In this document: positions 53,001-64,000 of the stretch, piece by piece
How positions within the stretch are numbered: the first letter of the stretch is position 1
Layout: each line of letters begins with the position of its first letter
DNA from: Auanema rhodensis
Lineage: Eukaryota > Animalia > Nematoda
Length of the DNA: 64,000 nucleotides
Assembly (NCBI GenBank): GCA_964057225.1
Contig: OZ059897.1
Location: forward strand, 1,116,001 to 1,180,000
Reading direction: 5' to 3'
Notes under the pieces: model-generated
Seen by the model: only the letters and a program-made list of their open reading frames with translations
Databases searched by the model: none
Told to the model about the DNA's origin: nothing
Position numbers and translations under genes: made by a program

Positions 53001-56000
53001 TTTTTCGTTGAATAACATTGTCCATCGTTTTCGCCTCGAAAAAAGGAATCTAAAAACATCTACTCTTCGTTAAATTATCTTGAAATTTTTCGGGAAAATT
53101 TTTGTCAAAATGTTTTTGAAAGCAATGTTGAGTGTACATGGAAACTCAACATACACTAATGCATCATTTTTCAAACAATCATAAATAATTTTTGTATTGA
53201 GCGTTTCTTAATGTATCATAGTGCATTCGATGCGGATTCTTAAGCTGCTTCGATCTGTGTTATCAGATTTGCGCTAGCTTAAAAATGCACCAAGATATCA
53301 ACTGATATAAGTTCACACTTATATCCTCGATTTTCACCCTGAAGAATTAATTTTTTCGTTGAATAACATTGTCCATCGTCTTTGCCTTGAAAAAAGGAAT
53401 CCAAACACATCTACTTTTCGTGAAATTATTTTGAAATTTTTCGGGAAAATTTTTGTCAAAATGTTTTTGGAAGCAATGTTGAGTGTACATGGAAACTCAA
53501 CATACACTAATGCATCATTTTTCAAACAATCATAAATAATTTTTGTATTGAGCGTTTCTCAATGTAGTATAGTGCATTCGATGCGGATTTTTAAGCTGCG
53601 TCGATCTGTCTTATCCGATTTGCGCTAGCTTAAAAATGCACCGAGATATCAACTGATATAAGTTCACACTTATATCCTCGATTTTCACCCTGAAGAATTA
53701 ATTTTTTCGTTAAATAACATTGTCCATCGTCTTCGCCTTGAAAAAAGAAATCTAAAAACATCTACTTTTCGTAAAATTATCTTGAAATTTTTCAGGAAAA
53801 TTTTTGTCAAAATGTTTTTGGAAGCAATGTTAAGTGTACATGGAAACTCAACATACACTAATGCATCATTTTTCAAACGATCATAACTTATTTTTGTATT
53901 GAGCGTTTCTTAATGTATTATAGTGCATTCGATGCGGATTTTTAAACTGCGTCGATCTGTCTTATCCGATTTGCGCTAGCTTAAAAATGCACCAAGATAT
54001 CAACTGATATAAGTTCACACTTATATCCTCGATTTTCACCCTGAAGAATTAATTTTTTCGTTGATTAACATTGTCCATCGTTTTTGCCTTGAAAAAGAAA
54101 TCTAAAAACATCTACTTTTCGTAAAATTATCTTGAATTTTTTCAGAAAAATTTTTGTCAAAATGTTTTTGGAAGCAATGTTAAGTGTACATGGAAACTCA
54201 ACATACACTAATGCATCATTTTTCAAACGATCATAACTTATTTTTGTATTGAGCGTTTCTTAATGTATTATAGTGCATTCGATGCGGATTTTTAAGCTGC
54301 GTCGATCTGTCTTATCAGATTTGCGCTAGCTTAAAAATGCACCAAGATATCAACTGATATAAGTTCACACTTATATCCTCGATTTTCACCCTGAAGAATT
54401 AATTTTTTCGTTGATTAACATTGTCCATCGTCTTTGCCTTGAAAAAAGGAATCTAAAAACATCTACTTTTTGTCAAAATGTTTTTGAAAGCAATGTTGAG
54501 TGTACATGGAAACTCAACATACACTAATGCAACATTTTTCAAACGATCATAACTAATTTTTGTATTGAGCGTTTCTTAATGTATTATAGTGCATTCGATG
54601 CGGATTTTTAAGCTGCTTCGATCTGTGTTATCAGATTTGCGCTAGCTTAAAAATGCACCGAGATATCAACTGATATAAGTTCACACTTATATCCTCGATT
54701 TTCACCCTGAAGAATTAATTTTTTCGTTGAATAACGTTGTCCATCGTCTTCGCCTTGAAAAAAGAAATCTAAAAACATCTACTTTTGGTAAAATTATTTT
54801 GAAATTTTTCAGCAAAATTTTTGTCAAAATGTTTTTGGAATCAATGTTGAGTGTACATGGAAACTCAACATACACTAATGCAACATTTTTCAAACGATCA
54901 TAACTAATTTTTGTATTGAGCGTTTCTTAATGTATTATAGTGCATTCGATGCGGATTTTTAAGCTGCTTCGATCTGTGTTATCAGATTTGCGCTAGCTTA
55001 AAAATGCACCGAGATATCAACTGATATAAGTTCACACTTATATCCTCGATTTTCACCCTGATGAATTAATTTTTTCGTTGAATAACATTGTCCATCGTCT
55101 CCGCCTTGAAAAAAGAAATCTAAAAACATCTACTTTTGGTAAAATTATTTTGAAATTTTTCAGGAAAATTTTTGTCAAAATGTTTTTGGAAGCAATGTTG
55201 AGTGTACATGGAAACTCAACATACACTAATGCATCATTTTTCAAACAATCATAAATAATTTTTGTATTGAGCGTTTCTCAATGTAGTATAGTGCATTCGA
55301 TGCGGATTTTTAAGCTGCTTCGATCTGTGTTATCAGATTTGCGCTAGCTTAAAAATGCACCGAGATATCAACTGATATAAGTTCACACTTATATCCTCGA
55401 TTTTCACCCTGAAGAATTAATTTTTTCGTTGAATAACATTGTCCATCGTCTTCGCCTGTAAAAAAGAAATCTAAAAACATCTACTTTTGGTAAAATTATT
55501 TTGAAATTTTTCAGGAAAATTTTTGTCAAAATGTTTTTGGAATCAATGTTGAGTGTACATGGAAACTCAACATACACTAATGCAACATTTTTCAAATGAT
55601 CATAACTAATTTTTGTATTGAGCGTTTCTTAATGTATTATAGTGCATTCGATACGGATTTTTAAGCTGCTTCGATCTGTGTTATCAGATTTGCGCTAGCA
55701 AAGAAATGCACCGAGATATCAACTGATATAAGTTCACACTTATATCCTCGATTTTCACCCTGAAGAATTAATTTTTTCGTTGATTAACATTGTCCATCGT
55801 CTTTGCCTTGAAAAAAGGAATCTAAAAACATCTACTTTTTGGGAAATTATTTTGAAATTTTTTGGCAAAATTTTTGTCAAAATGTTTTTGGAAGCAATGT
55901 TGAGTGTACATGGAAACTCAACATACACTAATGCATAATTTTTTAAACAATCATAACTAATTTTTGTATTGAGCGTTTCTTAATGTATTATAGTGCATTC

Positions 56001-57657
56001 GATGCGGATTTTTAAGCTGCGTCGATCTGTCTTATCCGATTTGCGCTAGCTTAAAAATGCACCGAGATATCAACTGATATAAGTTCACACTTATATCCTC
56101 GATTTTCACCCTGAAGAATTAATTTTTTCGTTGATTAACATTGTCCATCGTCTTTGCCTTGAAAAAAGGAATCTAAAAACATCTACTTTTTGTGAAATTA
56201 TTTTGAAATTTTTTGGCAAAATTTTTGTCAAAATGTTTTTGGAAGCAATGTTGAGTGTACATGGAAACTCAACATACACTAATGCATAATTTTTTAAACA
56301 ATCATAACTAATTTTTGTATTGAGCGTTTCTTAATGTATTATAGTGCATTCAATGCGGATTTTTAAGCTGCGTCGATCTGTCTTATCCGATTTGCGCTAG
56401 CTTAAAAATGCACCGAGATATCAACTGATATAAGTTCACACTTATATCCTCGATTTTCACCCTGAAGAATTAATTTTTTCGTTGATTAACATTGTCCATC
56501 GTCTTTGCCTTGAAAAAAGGAATCTAAAAACATCTACTTTTTGTGAAATTATTTTAAAATTTTTTGGCAAAATTTTTGTCAAAATGTTTTTGAAAGCAAT
56601 GTTGAGTGTACATGGAAACTCAACATACACTAATGCAACATTTTTCAAACGATCATAACTAATTTTTGTATTGAGCGTTTTTTAATGTATTATAGTGCAT
56701 TCGATGCGGATTTTTAAGCTGCTTCGATCTGTGTTATCAGATTTGCGCTAGCTTAAAAATGCACCGAGATATCAACTGATATAAGTTCACACTTATATCC
56801 TCGATTTTCACCATGAAGAATTAATTTTTTCGTTGATTAACATTGTCCATCGTCTTTGCCTTGAAAAAAGGAATCTAAAAACATCTACTTTTTGTGAAAT
56901 TATTTTAAAATTTTTTGGCAAAATTTTTGTCAAAATGTTTTTGAAAGCAATGTTGAGTGTACATGGAAACTCAACATACACTAATGCAACATTTTTCAAA
57001 CGATCATAACTAATTTTTGTATTGAGCGTTTTTTAATGTATTATAGTGCATTCGATGCGGATTTTTAAGCTGCTTCGATCTGTGTTATCAGATTTGCGCT
57101 AGCTTAAAAATGCACCGAGATATCAACTGATATAAGTTCACACTTATATCCTCGATTTTCACCATGAAGAATTAATTTTTTCGTTGATTAACATTGTCCA
57201 TCGTCTTTGCCTTGTAAAAAGGAATCTAAAAACATCTACTTTTTGTGAAATTATTTTGAATTTTTTTGGCAAAATTTTTGTCAAAATGTTTTTGAAAGCA
57301 ATGTTGAGTGTACATGGAAACTCAACATACACTAATGCAACATTTTTCAAACGATCATAACTAATTTTTGTATTGAGCGTTTTTTAATGTATTATAGTGC
57401 ATTCGATGCGGATTTTTAAGCTGCTTCGATCTGTGTTATCAGATTTGCGCTAGCTTAAAAATGCACCGAGATATCAACTGATATAAGTTCACACTTATAT
57501 CCTCGATTTTCACCCTGAAGAATTAATTTTTTCGTTGATTAACATTGTCCATCGTCTTTGCCTTGTAAAAAGGAATCTAAAAACATCTACTTTTTGTGAA
57601 ATTATTTTGAAATTTTTTGGCAAAATTTTTGTCAAAATGTTTTTGGAAGCAATGTTG
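44041..57657. repeat. Large tandem segmental duplication, copy 2 (39 monomers, 13,617 bp)
   Basis: It repeats the B then C succession, including the rare markers CATCATCTTAG, CTCGATGTGG, GTGAACAT, GAAAAAGTTTTG and both 35-bp deletions. Confidence 0.9.
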
Positions 57658-60600
57658 AGTGTACATGGAAACTCAACATACACTAATGCATAATTTTTTA
57701 AACAATCATAACTAATTTTTGTATTGAGCGTTTCTTAATGTATTATAGTGCATTCGATGCGGATTTTTAAGCTGCGTCGATCTGTGTTATCAGATTTGCG
57801 CTAGCTTAGAAATGCACCGAGATATCAACTGATATAAGTTCACACTTATATCCTCGATTTTCACCCTGAAGAATTAATTTTTTCGTTGAATAACATTGTC
57901 CATCGTCTTCGCCTTGAAAAAAGGAATTTAAAAACATCTACTTTTTGTGAAATTATTTTGAAATTTTTCGGGAAAATTTTTGTCAAAATGTTTTTGGAAG
58001 CAATGTTGAGTGTACATGGAAACTCAACATACACTAATGCATCATTTTTCAAACGATCATAACTAATTTTTGTATTGAGCGTTTTTTAATGTATTATAGT
58101 GCATTCGATACGGATTTTTAAGCTGCTTCGATCTGTGTTATCAGATTTGCGCTAGCAAAGAAATGCACCGAGATATCAACTGATATAAGTTCACACTTAT
58201 ATCCTCGATTTTCACCCTGAAGAATTAATTTTTTCGTTGAATAACATTGTCCATCGTCTTCGCCTTGAAAAAAGGAATTTAAAAACATCTACTTTTCGTG
58301 AAATTATTTTGAAATTTTTCGGGAAAATTTTTGTCAAAATGTTTTTGGAAGCAATGTTGAGTGTACATGGAAACTCAACATACACTAATGCAACATTTTT
58401 CAAACAATCATAAATAATTTTTGTATTGAGCGTTTCTTAATGTATTATAGTGCATTCGATACGGATTTTTAAGCTGCTTCGATCTGTGTTATCAGATTTG
58501 CGCTAGCTTAAAAATGCACCGAGATATCAACTGATATAAGTTCACACTTATATCCTCGATTTTCACCCTGAAGAATTAATTTTTTCGTTGATTAACATTG
58601 TCCATCGTCTTTGCCTTGAAAAAAGGAATCTAAAAACATCTACTTTTTGTGAAATTATTTTGAAATTTTTTGGCAAAATTTTTGTCAAAATGTTTTTGGA
58701 AGCAATGTTGAGTGTACATGGAAACTCAACATACACTAATGCATCATTTTTCGAACGATCATAACTAATTTTTGTATTGAGCGTTTCTTAATGTATTATA
58801 GTGCATTCGATGCGGATTTTTAAGCTGCGTCGATCTGTCTTATCCGATTTGCGCTAGCTTAAAAATGCACCGAGATATCAACTGATATAAGTTCACACTT
58901 ATATCCTCGATTTTCACCCTGAAGAATTAATTTTTTCGTTGATTAACATTGTCCATCGTCTTTGCCTTGAAAAAAGGAATCTAAAAACATCTACTTTTTG
59001 TGAAATTATTTTGAAATTTTTTGGCAAAATTTTTGTCAAAATGTTTTTGAAAGCAATGTTGAGTGTACATGGAAACTCAACATACACTAATGCAACATTT
59101 TTCAAACGATCATAACTAATTTTTGTATTGAGCGTTTTTTAATGTATTATAGTGCATTCGATGCGGATTTTTAAGCTGCTTCGATCTGTGTTATCAGATT
59201 TGCGCTAGCTTAAAAATGCACCGAGATATCAACTGATATAAGTTCACACTTATATCCTCGATTTTCACCATGAAGAATTAATTTTTTCGTTGATTAACAT
59301 TGTCCATCGTCTTTGCCTTGTAAAAAGGAATCTAAAAACATCTACTTTTTGTGAAATTATTTTGAATTTTTTTGGCAAAATTTTTGTCAAAATGTTTTTG
59401 AAAGCAATGTTGAGTGTACATGGAAACTCAACATACACTAATGCAACATTTTTCAAACGATCATAACTAATTTTTGTATTGAGCGTTTTTTAATGTATTA
59501 TAGTGCATTCGATGCGGATTTTTAAGCTGCTTCGATCTGTGTTATCAGATTTGCGCTAGCTTAAAAATGCACCGAGATATCAACTGATATAAGTTCACAC
59601 TTATATCCTCGATTTTCACCCTGAAGAATTAATTTTTTCGTTGATTAACATTGTCCATCGTCTTTGCCTTGTAAAAAGGAATCTAAAAACATCTACTTTT
59701 TGTGAAATTATTTTGAAATTTTTTGGCAAAATTTTTGTCAAAATGTTTTTGGAAGCAATGTTGAGTGTACATGGAAACTCAACATACACTAATGCATAAT
59801 TTTTTAAACAATCATAACTAATTTTTGTATTGAGCGTTTCTTAATGTATTATAGTGCATTCGATGCGGATTTTTAAGCTGCGTCGATCTGTGTTATCAGA
59901 TTTGCGCTAGCTTAGAAATGCACCGAGATATCAACTGATATAAGTTCACACTTATATCCTCGATTTTCACCCTGAAGAATTAATTTTTTCGTTGAATAAC
60001 ATTGTCCATCGTCTTCGCCTTGAAAAAAGGAATTTAAAAACATCTACTTTTTGTGAAATTATTTTGAAATTTTTCGGGAAAATTTTTGTCAAAATGTTTT
60101 TGGAAGCAATGTTGAGTGTACATGGAAACTCAACATACACTAATGCATCATTTTTCGAACGATCATAACTAATTTTTGTATTGAGCGTTTTTTAATGTAT
60201 TATAGTGCATTCGATACGGATTTTTAAGCTGCTTCGATCTGTGTTATCAGATTTGCGCTAGCAAAGAAATGCACCGAGATATCAACTGATATAAGTTCAC
60301 ACTTATATCCTCGATTTTCACCCTGAAGAATTAATTTTTTCGTTGAATAACATTGTCCATCGTCTTCGCCTTGAAAAAAGGAATTTAAAAACATCTACTT
60401 TTCGTGAAATTATTTTGAAATTTTTCGGGAAAATTTTTGTCAAAATGTTTTTGGAAGCAATGTTGAGTGTACATGGAAACTCAACATACACTAATGCAAC
60501 ATTTTTCAAACAATCATAAATAATTTTTGTATTGAGCGTTTCTTAATGTATTATAGTGCATTCGATACGGATTTTTAAGCTGCTTCGATCTGTGTTATCA

Positions 60601-63600
60601 GATTTGCGCTAGCTTAAAAATGCACCGAGATATCAACTGATATAAGTTCACACTTATATCCTCGATTTTCACCCTGAAGAATTAATTTTTTCGTTGATTA
60701 ACATTGTCCATCGTCTTTGCCTTGAAAAAAGGAATCTAAAAACATCTACTTTTTGTGAAATTATTTTGAAATTTTTTGGCAAAATTTTTGTCAAAATGTT
60801 TTTGAAAGCAATGTTGAGTGTACATGGAAACTCAACATACACTAATGCAACATTTTTCAAACGATCATAACTAATTTTTGTATTGAGCGTTTCTTAATGT
60901 ATTATAGTGCATTCGATGCGGATTTTTAAGCTGCTTCGATCTGTGTTATCAGATTTGCGCTAGCTTAAAAATGCACCGAGATATCAACTGATATAAGTTC
61001 ACACTTATATCCTCGATTTTCACCCTGAAGAATTAATTTTTTCGTTGAATAACATTGTCCATCGTCTTCGCCTTGAAAAAAGGAATTTAAAAACATCTAC
61101 TTTTCGTGAAATTATTTTGAAATTTTTCGGGAAAATTTTTGTCAAAATGTTTTTGGAAGCAATGTTGAGTGTACATGGAAACTCAACATACACTAATGCA
61201 ACATTTTTCAAACAATCATAAATAATTTTTGTATTGAGCGTTTCTTAATGTATTATAGTGCATTCGATACGGATTTTTAAGCTGCTTCGATCTGTGTTAT
61301 CAGATTTGCGCTAGCTTAAAAATGCACCGAGATATCAACTGATATAAGTTCACACTTATATCCTCGATTTTCACCCTGAAGAATTAATTTTTTCGTTGAT
61401 TAACATTGTCCATCGTCTTTGCCTTGAAAAAAGGAATCTAAAAACATCTACTTTTTGTGAAATTATTTTGAAATTTTTTGGCAAAATTTTTGTCAAAATG
61501 TTTTTGAAAGCAATGTTGAGTGTACATGGAAACTCAACATACACTAATGCAACATTTTTCAAACGATCATAACTAATTTTTGTATTGAGCGTTTCTTAAT
61601 GTATTATAGTGCATTCGATGCGGATTTTTAAGCTGCTTCGATCTGTGTTATCAGATTTGCGCTAGCTTAAAAATGCACCTAGATATCAACTGATATAAGT
61701 TCACACTTATATCCTCGATTTTCACCCTGAAGAATTAATTTTTTCGTTGATTAACATTGTCCATCGTCTTTGCCTTGTAGAAAGGAATCTAAAAACATCT
61801 ACTTTTTGTGAAATTATTTTGAATTTTTTTGGCAAAATTTTTGTCAAAATGTTTTTGAAAGCAATGTTGAGTGTACATGGAAACTCAACATACACTAATG
61901 CAACATTTTTCAAACGATCATAACTAATTTTTGTATTGAGCGTTTCTTATTGTATTATAGTGCATTCGATGCGGATTTTTAAGCTGCTTCGATCTGTGTT
62001 ATCAGATTTGCGCTAGCTTAAAAATGCACCGAGATATCAACTGATATAAGTTCACACTTATATCCTCGATTTTCACCCTGAAGAATTAATTTTTTCGTTG
62101 AATAACATTGTCCATCGTCTTCGCCTTGAAAAAAGAAATCTAAAAACATCTAATTTTCGTAAAATTATCTTGAAATTTTTCAGGAAAATTTTTGTCAAAA
62201 TGTTTTTGAAAGCAATGTTGAGTGTACATGGAAACTCAACATACACTAATGCAACATTTTTCAAACGATCATAACTAATTTTTGTATTGAGCGTTTCTTA
62301 TTGTATTATAGTGCATTCGATGCGGATTTTTAAGCTGCTTCGATCTGTGTTATCAGATTTGCGCTAGCTTAAAAATGCACCGAGATATCAACTGATATAA
62401 GTTCACACTTATATCCTCGATTTTCACCCTGAAGAATTAATTTTTTCGTTGAATAACATTGTCCATCGTCTTCGCCTTGAAAAAAGAAATCTAAAAACAT
62501 CTACTTTTCGTAAAATTATCTTGAAATTTTTCAGGAAAATTTTTGTCAAAATGTTTTTGGAAGCAATGTTGAGTGTACATGGAAACTCAACATACACTAA
62601 TGCAACATTTTTCAAACGATCATAACTAATTTTTGTATTGAGCGTTTCTTAATGTATTATAGTGCATTCGATGCGGATTTTTAAGCTGCTTCGATCTGTG
62701 TTATCAGATTTGCGCTAGCTTAAAAATGCACCGAGATATCAACTGATATAAGTTCACACTTATATCCTCGATTTTCACCCTGAAGAATTAATTTTTTCGT
62801 TGATTAACATTGTCCATCGTCTTTGCCTTGAAAAAAGGAATCTAAAAACATCTACTTTTTGTAAAATTATCTTGAAATTTTTTGGCAAAATTTTTGTCAA
62901 AATGTTTTTGGAAGCAATGTTGAGTGTACATGGAAACTCAACATACACTAATGCAACATTTTTCAAACGATCATAACTAATTTTTGTATTGAGCGTTTCT
63001 TAATGTATTATAGTGCATTCGATGCGGATTTTTAAGCTGCTTCGATCTGTGTTATCAGATTTGCGCTAGCTTAAAAATGCACCGAGATATCAACTGATAT
63101 AAGTTCACACTTATATCCTCGATTTTCACCCTGAAGAATTAATTTTTTCGTTGAATAACATTGTCCATCGTCTTCGCCTTGAAAAAAGAAATCTAAAAAC
63201 ATCTACTTTTCGTAAAATTATCTTGAAATTTTTCAGGAAAATTTTTGTCAAAATGTTTTTGGAAGCAATGTTGAGTGTACATGGAAACTCAACATACACT
63301 AATGCAACATTTTTCAAACGATCATAACTAATTTTTGTATTGAGCGTTTCTTAATGTATTATAGTGCATTCGATGCGGATTTTTAAGCTGCTTCGATCTG
63401 TGTTATCAGATTTGCGCTAGCTTAAAAATGCACCGAGATATCAACTGATATAAGTTCACACTTATATCCTCGATTTTCACCCTGAAGAATTAATTTTTTC
63501 GTTGATTAACATTGTCCATCGTCTTTGCCTTGAAAAAAGGAATCTAAAAACATCTACTTTTTGTAAAATTATCTTGAAATTTTTTGGCAAAATTTTTGTC

Positions 63601-64000
63601 AAAATGTTTTTGGAAGCAATGTTGACTGTATATGGAAACTCAACATACACTAATGCAACATTTTTCAAACGATCATAACTAATTTTTGTATTGAGCGTTT
63701 CTTAATGTATTATAGTGCATTCGATGCGGATTTTTAAGCTGCTTCGATCTGTGTTATCAGATTTGCGCTAGCTTAAAAATGCACCGAGATATCAACTGAT
63801 ATAAGTTCACACTTATATCCTCGATTTTCACCCTGAAGAATTAATTTTTTCGTTGATTAACATTGTCCATCGTCTTTGCCTTGAAAAAAGGAATCTAAAA
63901 ACATCTACTTTTTGTGAAATTATTTTGAAATTTTTTGGCAAAATTTTTGTCAAAATGTTTTTGAAAGCAATGTTGAGTGTACATGGAAACTCAACATACA
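57658..64000. repeat. Subfamily domain D (C-derived continuation) with 6-mer and 2-mer local repeats
   Basis: Units 57159/57510/57861/58212 recur at 59265/59616/59967/60318 (+2106). Dimers: 60318-60669 matches 61020-61371, and 62424-62775 matches 63126-63477. Confidence 0.75.

Larger units (their letters stand above)
1..64000. repeat. Satellite DNA array, 351-bp AT-rich monomer, ~182.8 head-to-tail copies, open at both window ends
   Basis: The same ORF recurs at 96, 447, 798 and so on (step 351). The last copy at 63477 equals 96 + 181x351 - 150, where 150 bp is the sum of all observed deletions (1+1+2+2+4x36). I saw no non-repeat sequence and no orientation switch. Confidence 0.99.

Noticed and set aside
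96-63668. Tandem gene family encoding a 63-aa basic peptide (MKNDALVYVEFPC...)
   Set aside because: The start codon is TTG, not ATG. The ORF is broken by TAA in all B-type monomers and by frameshifts or start loss in others. Variants are largely amino-acid-changing. The K/F/I/L/N-rich composition mirrors the A/T tracts, and I recognise no domain. Ribo-seq or dN/dS well below 1 would be needed to revive it.
1-64000. CRISPR-like or diversity-cassette array (constant palindromic boxes alternating with variable segments)
   Set aside because: The variable segments are homologous alleles differing by a few SNPs, not unique spacers. The period is 351 bp, and there is no cas, recombinase or reverse transcriptase gene in the window.

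Overview
The whole 64 kb window is one uninterrupted head-to-tail tandem array of an AT-rich 351-bp monomer: about 182 complete copies plus a partial one, about 32% GC by hand count of copy 1, all in the same orientation. This is typical of eukaryotic satellite DNA, probably centromeric or pericentromeric (inference). I cannot name the family or the organism. I see no credible gene, RNA gene, transposon or CRISPR array. The repeated 63-aa ORF starts at TTG and is a by-product of the monomer. The real structure lies at two levels. (1) Each monomer carries four dyad symmetries: a ~67-nt imperfect hairpin, two perfect 9-bp stems 175 bp apart, and a polymorphic 6-bp stem. It also has alternating near-invariant and hypervariable boxes. 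(2) Monomer variants form subfamily domains and nested higher-order repeats of 2, 4, 5, 6, 7 and 16-20 monomers, plus a ~14-17 kb tandem duplication. Its breakpoint, the relative timing of later expansions, a microhomology-mediated deletion and gene-conversion-like patches can all be read from the sequence. All comparisons were made by eye, so boundaries are approximate to within about one monomer unless stated.
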